Below are positions 28,121 through 40,671 of a DNA stretch of 64,000 nt, piece after piece. The translations under genes were made by a program, and so were the position numbers. This DNA comes from Welwitschia mirabilis (Eukaryota), in contig JBOZIK010000001.1 of the NCBI GenBank assembly GCA_051453625.1, forward strand, positions 3,606,631 through 3,670,630. The letters run 5' to 3'. Every line of letters starts with the position of its first letter. Position 1 is the first letter of the stretch. The notes under the pieces were generated by a model that did not search any database, was not told where the DNA came from, and saw only the letters and a program-made list of their open reading frames with translations.

Positions 28121-29834
28121 AAGAGGGAATACGAAAATATATGATAAGGATACCAATGCTATTAAACTTTTAGATTCTATGATTATGTTTAAAAATATTT
28201 TCTTATTATCATTAAATAAATATTTTTGAACTCTGTAGGGTTGAAATTTTTATAAGTTTAGTTTGATAAAAGTAATAGTTTAAGTATAGATTAGCATAAA
28301 CAAGCATTACCAGAATGATGACTACCTGAAATTAAATGTTTCTTAGGAAAAGAGTAATAGTAGCAACCCAACATATAGCGTTGGGATATCTAATCTTAGT
28401 TTAATAGATTTTAGAAAAATTCTTAGTACTTGTAGAAGGGCTTGTATTAATAGTGGATCCTAAAATAGTTACTTCTTATTTTAGTAATAAATTTCCTATC
28501 GAATACCTATATAATAATGTGAAATAATGGTGATTTTTTTTCTATCCAAAGGAAAACAAGTTAGGAGTACTTTAGAATCATAATAAAAAGATTAGCCTTA
28601 TGATTTTTAAGGATATACAACATAGATGTTCTAAAAAATTTCTTACAACTGCACTTTCACATAGCCTTAAAAATCAACCTTAGTTTTCATTAGACTAATT
28701 TTCAAGAATTTAATTTACAAATTAATTCTTTATTTTCTATGTTAATGATAACTACTAAAGAAAATTTTAGAAATAGATAAAAATGAATTGAAAATGAAAT
28801 TTGTGAAAAATTTAAGTATTTTATATTTAAAAATATAGAATCATCAATTAAACAATTCTTTTAATATAGCTCTTCTAGTAGTCTTGAAGATGTAGAGAAA
28901 TTGAGAAAAGAAAATAAATCTTTCAAAAAACTAAATTATTTAGTTATAATAAGAAAAAAATTTAATAAACAAAAATAAGAACTAAAAATTTTATATAGTT
29001 ATAGAACAAAATTTAAAAATTATTGATAGAAACTCAAAACTTGAAAGAAGAAATGTAGATAATGTAGATGGAATATATCAATTAGCTTGAATTAGGATAT
29101 CTAATATCTCGTAATTTATAGATTGCATTCAGATTTATAATAGATTCTTTTATAGAAATAAAAAGAATTAATGACAAGATCATCAAATAATAAATAATCC
29201 TTATTCATTATCTATATTCTTATTTTCACATAATATGAAAATATAGAGAAAATGTGCTTTAAAGAGAAAAAGAATAATAATAAATTCATTAAAAATATTA
29301 TAAAAATAACTAATAAAAATAAGCAATTAGAAGAAAAATAATGATCAACTATTATAGAAAGTAAAATAATTATAAAAATAAATTTCTTAGTATACTTAAA
29401 GAAATAAGAATTAACAATAGTCTTAGAAACTTTTTATAGATAAATAATAGAATTAGTTAGTTGGAATAGCCTTATCTCTATGTTACAAGTCAAAAATGCC
29501 AAGTTAATTGATGAAAATGCAAGATTAAGAAAATAAATGAGGAAAGACTGTAGTTTAGATGGGGACTACATTAACATTAAGAGATTTGAAATGCCTCATC
29601 TTAAAATGTTGTATAATTTGATGGAAGAATTTCATGTGCTCTATGATAATGCTATCAAGAGATATAAGATATTTAATTCATACTTAATCATATCATTAGA
29701 TAATTTTAAAACAAATCTAATAATAAATCTAAATAATCCCCCTAGTTTAGTCCAAAGAAAAATAAAATAGAATAGAGAACCTTTGCAAAATATTTTAAAA
29801 GCTAATAATGCCACTAAAAAAGTTTTAAGAGGAT

Positions 29835-31078
29835 TGATGTTGCAGCGTGAATTTATGCAATCCTAAAGTTCTTTAGATAAACCTATAAATCAAATAACTT
29901 CTAGAAAACACACACTAGTATAGATGGGAGTTCACCTTAATGTTTTAATGGCAATGAAGGCACTAGGCTAAGAGTTAGAGAATTGATTTCCAATATGTTT
30001 TTGGATCTTTTATCTTATAAAAACTAGAAGAAAATAAACAAGTAAATGCAATGAAAATGAATGGAAATGAAATGCAAGTGTAAATGAAATGAACTCCTTT
30101 GGTTTCTAATTCTTCAATCACAAGGATTAATCTCTCTATAATTTAAATCAATTAAGAAGAGTATTCACTAGTTCTTAACCAATATAAACTATAAGATCTA
30201 CTAAGTAGAACATGAAATGTAATATGAAAACAAATAGAAAAGTAATACAAATCTAATACTAACAATGTTAATCTTAACAAAAGTTGCCCTTATGATTTAG
30301 ATAAATCACAGAGTTGTCACTTTAAACTATGATTAATGTAAATCATAAGTGACATATAGAATTAAAATGAAAGAACAATTGTATTGATTCAAAAAGTATT
30401 CAAAACATTACATCCACTTACAAATAAAATAACAACATCTCAATGGAAGAGACTCAACCTAACACCAAGGAAACTCCTTTTCATAGCTCTAGATGGATCT
30501 CATGTTCTTCAATCTTGCATCACAAGNNNNNNNNNNNNNNNNNNNNNNNNNNNNNNNNNNNNNNNNNNNNNNNNNNNNNAGTTTTGTATTAAGGTTCTAG
30601 AAACAAAACCCTAGAAGTCAGAAAAGAAACCCTAATAGCCCACATGGGTCGCTTGACCCCATTACAAAGATATTTCTTTTCGGCTATACAAAAACAACTA
30701 TCATCCTGACTGTCTTTAGGATGACATAGGGGATGTTACTGTACGTCGAATATCTTCATGCCCCACTGTTACACCCACAACTTTTGTCTATGTTAGCACT
30801 GTCATCATCCTACATATCATGGGGATGACATAAGGGACGACATTCTTCCTTATCTCCAATCTCAAAGGTAAATCATTCGTTTGCATTGTAAAGTCTTCTT
30901 ACAAATATGCAGTATCAGAGTAAGCTTGAGAAACTACCATATATGGTAAGAATTACATGTTTTACTGATCATCCTGCCAGATATCCATAGCCATCAGTAT
31001 TACATCCAAACCTATGTAAATGTCCTGCAAAAGCACTCAAAATAGACCATCAAATACCTACAAATTGGCATCACAATA
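29835..31078 (-). mobile_element. Probable solo LTR (Athila-like family shared with 1-522 and 52513-52794)
   Basis: Runs tgatgttgc...tcacaata. The right part matches 1-522, and the left part resembles the reverse complement of the A LTR 3' end (ca.actagtata.atggga). No PBS or PPT is adjacent and no clean TSD is seen. Contains an N gap. Confidence 0.65.
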
Positions 31079-32409
31079 ATTGGAAAGTTAAATAGATAAT
31101 ATCCTAACTAGTATGATAGATTAAGAGTAGTTTTTAATTGTTTTAAAGAAACATTAAAAAAATATATGGATTTTCTTAAGAAGCTACAATCAGTAAGCTC
31201 TATAACTATGATAAATATATTATTAAGATAAATAATAGGGACTCATAAATGTTTTAATTTAAAAAAATCAGAGAGAGTACTATAGTAGTTAAAAATAAAT
31301 AAAATTAAATAATCTAAGACATTCTTAATTAATGTTTAAGCTTACAGCAGTGATTTAATTTTGTGAAAGAAAGAACTAATAGAATAGTAAAGGTTAAATA
31401 AGGAAATATTAAAATAAAAATAAGGAGATATAGCATCATAAGAATTGGGTAAAATCATTAGCCTTAATCAAAAAAGAGGAATAAAAATAATCTAAAATTA
31501 AAATAAGAGCAAGAAGAGTAATGTAAGATTAAAAGAAGAGTATGGAAGGTTTGAAAACCTATTATCAAAAATAAACTTAAAACTAATAAAAAAGATAGTT
31601 TAACAACTCATTTTTGTTGAATAGATGTACTTATAAAGATTTAATAGTAAGTTTAAAAGTATAATAAAACTTGATTTTTATACTTTATGTATATATTTAA
31701 ATATATAAAAAAGGATAGTCATACATTAATTAATTAAGGAAAATGGTTAAAGACTTAACAATTATTATTTATTTTGTTTTATATTTCTTTGAATAACTAA
31801 AGAAAATTTGTCACACATAAGAAGTGGTAGAGAGAACAAGAAACCAAATAAGTAGAAAGAAATAAGAAATGACCCTAAAAAATCTATATTGGTCAATAAT
31901 TAATTTTAAAATTTATAATAAGTACTCTTCAAAATAAAAGGATGGATAAGTTTTGATTCATATTATAATTTTATTAAGTTCTTTAATTTTTTTTTTGTAA
32001 TCAAGTTATGCTTCATTTATCTAGAGAAGAGTTATAAATACATATTTGTTTTTTCACTTTTTTTAAAGTGATTTAAAATATCTTACTATTAGTCTCATCC
32101 TACTAGACTAAAAAAATATTTTTTTAATTTTCTAATAGATTGATAGTAGTTTTACCTTGGTAAGATGTAAAAATAATTTTTTTAATTTCTACTTAAATTT
32201 GATAGTTTCGTACTTAATGGTCTATTTTCTAAAAATAAGAATGTATGTTTCTATAATAAATTATTTAAACTCTTCCTAATAATGATGCCTTGAAATTTAT
32301 TCAAATGTTTTTTCTTATGTTTTCAAAAGAAATTATTATAGCCTTATATTAATTCCTCTCTAAAATTTAGACAGATAGTGATGAGGATTTATAATGATAA
32401 ATTTTCCAT

Positions 32410-32413
<4 letters not shown>

Positions 32414-32443
<30 letters not shown>

Positions 32444-32452
32444 TGTATGTAT
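32414..32452. repeat. (TATG)n microsatellite, ~9-10 units
   Basis: Read directly from the sequence. Confidence 0.95.
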
Positions 32453-34302
32453 AATGGAATGAATATTTTTACTTACATAATTTTAATCACATAAAATAAT
32501 TATATTTGCATGGTTTGAATTTTAAATACAGTACAATTACCTCATTTAATATAGAAATAATAGTGTAAAACCTATATTAATTTATACATTTTGTGAACCA
32601 TCAATTGTATATATATTCTAATAAAACTTACATGCATACATGTTCATGTCATTATCTATGGTGTATAAATTATTGACATATGGCTAAATCTTTTACAATT
32701 TCTCATAGTCTTGATTTTTATGATACACATTAATTAACACAAGGAATTAACATCAAACAACAAGGTAAAGATTGTGTTTTGATCATTAAATTTAATTTAA
32801 AGCATTCTTAAGAGATCTCTAACCTTCACAAAAGAATTAAATAATTAATGTTTACCTCTTTTATCATTTGACATATTTCATTTTTACTAGCTAATATAAG
32901 GAAAGGTATATTATCAATGTTTAGTATAGGGAAAAGTATTGAATAAAAGATGTAATATATATATAAAGTTAGCTTTATTAAAATAAATTATTATTATACT
33001 AAATATTTACAAAATAACTATCTAAATATTAACTCAATTAATTTTTATCTTATATTGTATAGATTTCTTTTAAATACATAAAGCCATCTATTGGATTTTG
33101 ATATCTAAAGTGATTTATTAAACTTTATCAATTTTGTATTTATTGAAATATGTTTTTAACTTATCTCCTACTATGATTAACTTCTTACTATTGATTTAGA
33201 TATGGTTATTTGGCTATTAATATCATAGAATAAACAAAAAAAACATTAAAAAAGCAAAAGAAATGCAAAAGCTTGGAAAATAATAATTTTGCATTATTAA
33301 TATTATTAGAGTACTAGTTATATTATAGTTTTATAAATAAAAAATAACCATTATATAGTAAATTAAAGCAAGAAAAACTAAGTTACCTATGTTATAAAAT
33401 ATTTTTATTTTCATTTGCATAGTGAATTCTAAAAAAAATTGATTTTAAAATGGTTTTAAACCCCTTTTTCTACAAACCCATTTTAAGAATATGATATAAG
33501 TAGTTATTTTTATGTTTTAAATCTTGATTTTTTTAATTGGTTGAAGATAACACTTAAGACCCTCTTTGACTATAGTATAGTAGTTAATGACCTCCTTCAA
33601 ACTTTTATCATTGCACAATTATTTGAAATATTTATACATGAATAAGATATTTTATCTTACATCCTTTAACTTCATTATTAATAGTTTTTAAAAATTATTT
33701 AATATGTCATACCAGCTCATTATCTTGGCTTCCATATCATTAGCTTACAAAGACCCTTTACATGAATAAACTTATATTTTTCTAAATGATTTTAGTTGAT
33801 TAGTTCATAATTAAAGAATAGATAAAAGATCCTTTTAAGTATATTAATAAGCTTTAAAACCCCTTTTAAGATCCACTTTGATGAAGGTATAACCTTCATA
33901 ATGAAATGCAATGGCTTGANNNNNNNNNNGCTTGATTATGAGTTGGGTGGAAATATTTGCAAAATGTTATAATAGAAATCTATTTAAATGGAATTTGGTT
34001 AATTCACCTCTTTTAAAAGCTAAGATTTATCTTTTTATACCTTAGATATTTTTTATTACTTTATGGAATCAAGAATTTCCAATCTTGAGTGAATCTCTTA
34101 ACAAAATAATGCCATTACTAGTTATCCACCTAGTCATAAAGGTATGTGTGCTAAGCAACATAACTTATTACTACATGACTGATGTCAATCCAAGGGATTC
34201 AAATCACTCATCTAAGAATTGAGAATAATTCACCCTACTCATTTTTTTCTCTTAAAAACTCAAAAAGAGAGGAGTTTTTTTAGGAGTCTCTAATTCCTAA
34301 AA

Positions 34303-36419
34303 ACCAAAAATGTTATAATTTTGATTTTTTAGCAAAGCTTTACATATTTTTTAGAATAATGTCTAGATTTATTCATTCATTCTCTAACATTAAAGGATTT
34401 AAATTTTAAAATGTTTGAAGGCCTCTAATTAAAATTTGTTAGCATATTACATCTAGCATGTACAAATGTCCTAATAACAACATTAAGTTCATATCAATTA
34501 TAGGTCATATGTGAAAGTTATTGCCAATCAAAGTTTTCAAATATTTACCCTTATATGTATGATTCGATGATTAAAAAACTATAATTAACAATTAATATAA
34601 TAAGTAAAAATAAAAAAATTTAGGTTGTCACTAGATTTATCCCAACCTCACACACTTTATGTCTAATTTCCATTAATTATAGTCCTTTTCTTTTCATGAT
34701 TATTACATAGTATGACTTTTTAACATTCTAGGTTTTATAACTATTGGAGTATTTCCCCCCTGCTTTTTCATTGTAAAAGGTATCTTAGGGATTTAAAGTA
34801 TAATTAAACACATAACCTATTATGTGTAAAACATGTATATTAACTAACTTCTTTATAAACATTTATGTGATAAGAGACTCCCACATTTTTAATATATTAT
34901 TGCTTTTTAGAAAATACCAATTTTTTTTTAAATAGTAGTTTTTTAAGTTGAATACCATTCATAAACAAGGGTTATATGAAGGGAGCACCATGATATCTCT
35001 ATGTGATTGTTTAGATGATGAAAAAATTAACAAGGTTTCTAAGAAACTTTAAAGAATAAGATGGTATATTCAATCATTAACAATGGAGCCCAAATTTTGA
35101 AGTGCTTGAAATGGCATTCAATCATATGGACACTACTGTTTAGAAGATTAAAGAAGATAAGGATAACTTCAAAAAAAACAAAATGACATTCAAATAATGA
35201 TAATTCATAAAGAAATCTAGAAGTACTATTAAAGATGTAGTCACTAAGAAATGGTTAGCAATACAAATATGTACCTATTGAAAAGGGTTATTTATTCTTT
35301 CATCTATAGTTAATTTTAATTTATTGCTACTTTTGGCATCCTTTCATTCCTTTCTTCTTTTCATTTTCTCTCTTTTAAAGCTTTCATTTAATCTCATTTT
35401 TTACAATTTAATCCTCTCCTATCTCTAATTCTAATCCTTTTATGCTTTACCATTTTTTATTAGTTTCTATTCAAAGATTTAATAAAATGTATATTTAAAT
35501 TGCTTATTATTTTTTCAAGTAATAGAACATTAATTTTTAATATAAAAATGGAAAAAAAATTCTAATGTAGAGAAGAGGCTATGTTCATGTAATTTTCCTC
35601 ATTTCTTAAATAGGAAAAAGTTGTAAACCACTAGAAACATTTTCATGTCTAATATGCAAACAAAAATAGTTTTCAAAGGGATGCAGATAAATCATTAATG
35701 TACTCCATTATTAATTCTTGATGCTTTGTATTTCAAGTTGAATTTATTAATAAATGAATGTTTTCATTCTAAATATCTTCTCTTTTTTCTAAATAACTGA
35801 GCACTAGTTTATTTTATTTTGTAGTTTAAAATACTTTTAAAATTATTTTTAAGTTTGAAAATGAAAAGTCATTTTTTGATTAAAGTGACACATGATTTAC
35901 TATTTGGAATTAATAAGTTACCACTATAAAATTTCATTTCAAGTATTATTAAGATGTTCCTATGATATTACTTGTTATTTTAGAAATGGGTATACTCTAG
36001 TATGAAAGTATAAGTTGTCATTTTCAGTTTGTAAATTAGATAAGCTTCATAGCACAAGCGATTTTAGTATTTTTAAAAGATACACTATCTAAATAATTGC
36101 GGTTATCATTTTCTACACAAGAGTGTATACATGTCATAATAGTGTTTTAATATTTTTATGGTTAGAGTATGTTTTATAAAGCATCATTTTTATGAAGGAA
36201 TTATATTCTTTTATTTTATAACTCAAAGCATATATACTACGTGAAGTAGACATTTTATATAGAAGCTAAAGTACATATTTTAGAGTATTACTTTAAATAA
36301 AAATATTTTTGTAGAGATTGACTTAATGACTATTACTAGACATGTAATTTTATAAGATTAAATACTCTTGTTAATTCTTTTTAGATAATCATTACACTAT
36401 ATGTATGTTTTAACCTTCA
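34303..36419 (+). repeat. 5' LTR of E (left edge uncertain)
   Basis: Colinear with 40714-43315 (cctctaattaaaattt, aggtcatatgtgaaagttat, tatgaagggagcac, tttttcaagtaatagaa, gtgaagtaga.attttatatagaa). Ends aaccttca. Confidence 0.8.
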
Positions 36420-36422
36420 TAT

Positions 36423-36436
36423 TAGTATCAAATGCT
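36423..36436 (+). promoter_or_regulatory. Decayed tRNA-iMet PBS of E
   Basis: tagtatcaaatgct lies 3 nt after the LTR end, exactly where LTR-LTR homology stops. Confidence 0.55.
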
Positions 36437-36599
36437 AATTACTTATGATAAAGATTTCTAGTAAGGAAGAAAACAATGGATTCTTAGCATTAATTTAGGA
36501 TAATTCTAAAGGTAAAAATATTTTTATTATTAATATGGAAAAATATATGATCCTGACCTTTTATTTTAGTAATTATAAAATTTGAAACATTGGAATTGA

Positions 36600-39500
36600 A
36601 TAAAATTTAAAGGAATAAATTTTATGACATTACATTAAAAATTATACTAATTGATTACCTAATAGTACTAACATTAAAAGGAAGATTTACAAGAAAACAC
36701 ACATATATAAAATAGTTACGTTATAAGTGAAAATTTTACAAATATGGACAATGGTAAGGTAAAGAAAATTTTTTTATTATAATAGTGTTTATAAGATGTG
36801 GAATAGTTTATACATAGTTTATCAAGGTCACCAAAATGTTAAGATAATAAAACTATAAAACTCAAAAATAAAGTATAAGATCTTAAAGATGAAAGATAAG
36901 AAAAAATGTTGAGGATTTCATTCAACATGTTAGAGATCTTGTTAAGGGTATGAACAAAGTTGGTTATGTTATTAGTAATAGTGATTTTGTTCTTTATATC
37001 TCTAATAAAGAATTTTAACTAAATTCTAGTGGCAATGCATAATCTTTGGAGCATTGCCTATAGAGGAATTAAGAAGAATATTGGTGTTAATTTGAATTGT
37101 GTTTGAAAAAGGATGAAAATTTGTAGGAAATAATATTTAAAGAAGAAGATAATGTATCCTTAAGAAGTAATAATTTTCCATGGACATGAATGGCAATCCC
37201 CTAACCTGATAGCATACGTAGAGGTATTAAAAAAGATAGGATCCAAAGATAATAAAATTAAGGTAATAACTTTGAATATTAAAATATAGTTTATACTTAT
37301 AAACAAAGAGGTAGAGGTACTCCTCAAGAATAATGAACTTGATAAGAGAAAAAAATGTCATTATTATCATTTCTAAGCTCATTTGATTAGAAATTATATA
37401 TCTAAAACTAGGGATGAATAGCAACAAGGCTATGTATCAAGATAAGAACAAGTTTAGGATTTTCTAAGACATCTAATGTTGATGTTGAATGTTTTGGTTA
37501 TGTAGTTATGATCATTTTAAATTTTCTATGATTTCCTTTGATGAGATTGCATGGTTTTTTAATAGTGTATGTTCTTATTACATGAGTAATCAAAAAGATG
37601 TTTTAAATAATTTTTCATATGAATATATAATTTCACTTGAATTTCGTTAAAAAGTAGGATACATTGAAGGTTTTGGTATGGTTGCACTTAAGGATAAGAA
37701 TGTTACTGATCTTTTAATTAGAGATGTTTACATTATTCTAGATTTACATTACAACTTGATTAATTTTAGGTAATTAAAATAGAATGATTTTGATGTATTA
37801 TTTAAAAATTATAAGTACATAGTTAAGAAGGAAAATAAAGTTTATAAATTTCCAAGTCTAATAACAATTTATATAAGGTTGATTTTCATAAGGGATGGGT
37901 TTATGATGATGAATATTGGTTTCTGATGATGAATAGTTTTGGATATGGAATTGTAAACTTGGGTATATTTTAGGTAATTATATGCATCATGTAATTCAAA
38001 AGTAGCTAGTTAGAGGTATGCCATCATGTATAGTTTGTGATATTTCCCATTGTAAAAGCTGCATAAAAGGAAAATAGGTAAGAGTTTTCTTTTTACTAGT
38101 TGATAGTGGATTTATTTATAGACTTTCTTAAGTGCATTTAGATATTTTTTATTAATGGAAATCATTATTTTATTATGTTTTTTATGATTAATATTTATTT
38201 TCTTATTTAATTTTCTTAAAATACAAATCACAGAATTGCATATTTTCGGATTTATTAAAAGATGATTGAAAGGCAAAAAAATTATGAAATTAAAGTATTA
38301 CATGTAGATAGGAGTGATGAGTATATTTATAGTGATTTTTCTAATTATTTAAGAAAATGTAATATTTCACATCAAGTTACCACTAGTTATATCCCATAAA
38401 AAATGGGAGTGATGAAGAGGAAAAATAAGACTTTCATGAATCTATCTAGATCTATAATGTTAAACAAAATTTTTGGCAAAATGATTTAGCCTAAAGCAGT
38501 GCATAAAATAAACTACATATAAAACAAGGTCATGATAAATAAATTTAAGAATATAATACCTTATAATATGTGGTATGATCACCAACTCCATCCTTTTCAT
38601 TTGAAGATTTTTTTACCTAAATGTTTTGTAAACTATGTAAAATTAAGTCTAGACATATTTGAGGTAAAGTCAATTGGATAAGATTTTTATTGGTTACTTT
38701 TCTAATAAAAAAGAATTTAGATGTTATAAGCCCCTAATTTCATAAATTTATTAAGACTATTAAAGCTATGTTTATGGAGAAAGATGGAAAAAATATCTTA
38801 ACTTTATCCAAGATGATGTTATTCTTTCATATGTTGAAGTCAATCATGGTGATGATGTAGTTTCTCCCTATGTACCTTAAAATAATGTTTTGTCCACTAT
38901 TAAAATGTGTTTGATTTCCTTGACAGTATGAATGAAAGGCATAGTCCATTTAAAGATAAATACAATATCTTATAGAAACCATCAATTACAAAACATTATA
39001 GGCATACTAATAAGAGAAATTAGAACTAAAATTCAAACTAAAGAAAGTTTTTACTTAGCCTTGTTTCATGAATTGAATAGAATAGATTTAATAAAATAAC
39101 ACCTAGCCTTGAATGCTAAAGCAATGAAATCAAATCCCTTAGATGTAAGAAGGCAAAGAAGTTCCCAAATTAAAGTGAAGGAATTAAAGGAAAAAATAAG
39201 AAAAATTGAAAAAAATCAAACTAAGGTATTATATTCATATCTTGGAGATAAGAATGTCATTATAATGAAATGGATGTATAAGTCAAAATACAATCTAGAT
39301 GATATAATTAAAAAATATAAAGATGGACTTGTGATTAAAAGTTATGTAAAAGAAGCTAGAACTAATTAAACATTTAAATCAATAGTAAAATTGAAATTTA
39401 CTAGAGCATTTTTTTGCTTTTACAACTAAAATAAAAATGATAACATGATAGATAGATGTGAAATTAGTATTTTTGAATGATCACCTTTATGAAAAAGTGT

Positions 39501-40650
39501 ACATTTCATACCCTAAGGGGTTTGGTGGGATAAGTAAAGAGAACTATTTTTGTTTAATTAAAAGCCTTACATGATTTAAAACACACACCACAAGCATAAT
39601 TTTCTAGATTAGATCAATACTTGAAATAATAAGGTTATGTAAAATGCTTAGCAAATAAATGCTCTATATGAAAGACAACTAAATGATAAGATGTTTATTT
39701 TTTTAATTTCTATAGATGTCATCATTTTTTGTTGGTAATAATTGGTAATAATAATATATTAATTACAAAATTTAAAATGGATATGATGATAGAATTTGAA
39801 ATAACTAACCTTAGGTATATTTCATATTATTTTCATATCTAGCTAAATTAAACACCCAAACATATTCTTTTAAGTTAACTTAAATATTCTTTTAATATGA
39901 TGCATAGATTTCATGTGCATAAATGTAAGGATATTTCTACATCTTTAACTAGTAATGAAAATTCTTTAGAGATATGGTGGATGATCTAAAAAATGAGCAT
40001 CTTTACCATTCTATAATTATTGGCCTTATGTACCTAATACTTACAAGTCTATATATAGGTTGCTATTAGTTTTTTATTAAAATTCATGATGACATCCAAG
40101 CATCCATATTTGATGTTTATAAAATAAACTTCAAAGTATGTCAAAGATACAATTAATTATGGGTTATTTTACAAGGCTAATACAAAATTTACAATTAATT
40201 GGTTATGTACATGTAAGTTTCTTAGATTCTTTAGATGATAGTAAAAGTACCTATGGTTTTAAAATTTTGATGTGTAACAACTTATCTTTCTAATTTATTA
40301 AGAAACAATTAGTGGTGATGCTCTCAATAGCTAAAGTAAAGTAAATGACTACTTACTTAAAGTGTTAATAATTTATATTATTAGAAACATTATATAGCAA
40401 GTTGACCATATTAATTAAAAATAAATATAGTTATTTTATGATAGTATGCATACCATATATATTTGTAAACATCCAATTATGTAGTCTCACATAAAGCACA
40501 TAGATATTAAGTTTTATTTTATTGCATATAATATTATTTACTAGTGATCAAGTATTACCCTTGAAATGAATAGCTTACATATTTTTTTATAATTCACTTA
40601 ATAAATAACGATTCATAATGCTACAAGAACAGTTTAAAATAATTGACACT
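36600..40650 (+). pseudogene. Copia gag-pol pseudogene of E
   Basis: WFFNSVCSYYMS ~37550 (PR), DVYIILDLHYNLI, CKSCIKGK, IKVLHVDRSDEY ~38290, HQVTTSYIP, FIGYFSNKKEFRCY, KWMYKSKYNLDDIIKKYKDGLVIKSY ~39270 (RT), DVKLVFLNDHLYEKVY, KKQLVVMLSIAKVK ~40300, HIKHIDIKFYFI ~40490 (RNase H). Confidence 0.92.
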
Positions 40651-40656
40651 ATTGTC

Positions 40657-40670
40657 AAGTGGGAGAAAGG
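40657..40670 (+). promoter_or_regulatory. PPT of E
   Basis: aagtgggagaaagg lies just after RNase H and before the 3' LTR. Confidence 0.6.
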
Positions 40671-40671
40671 A

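Noticed and set aside
29830..31083. TSD around the solo LTR
   Set aside because: The flanks aggat and attgg do not match.
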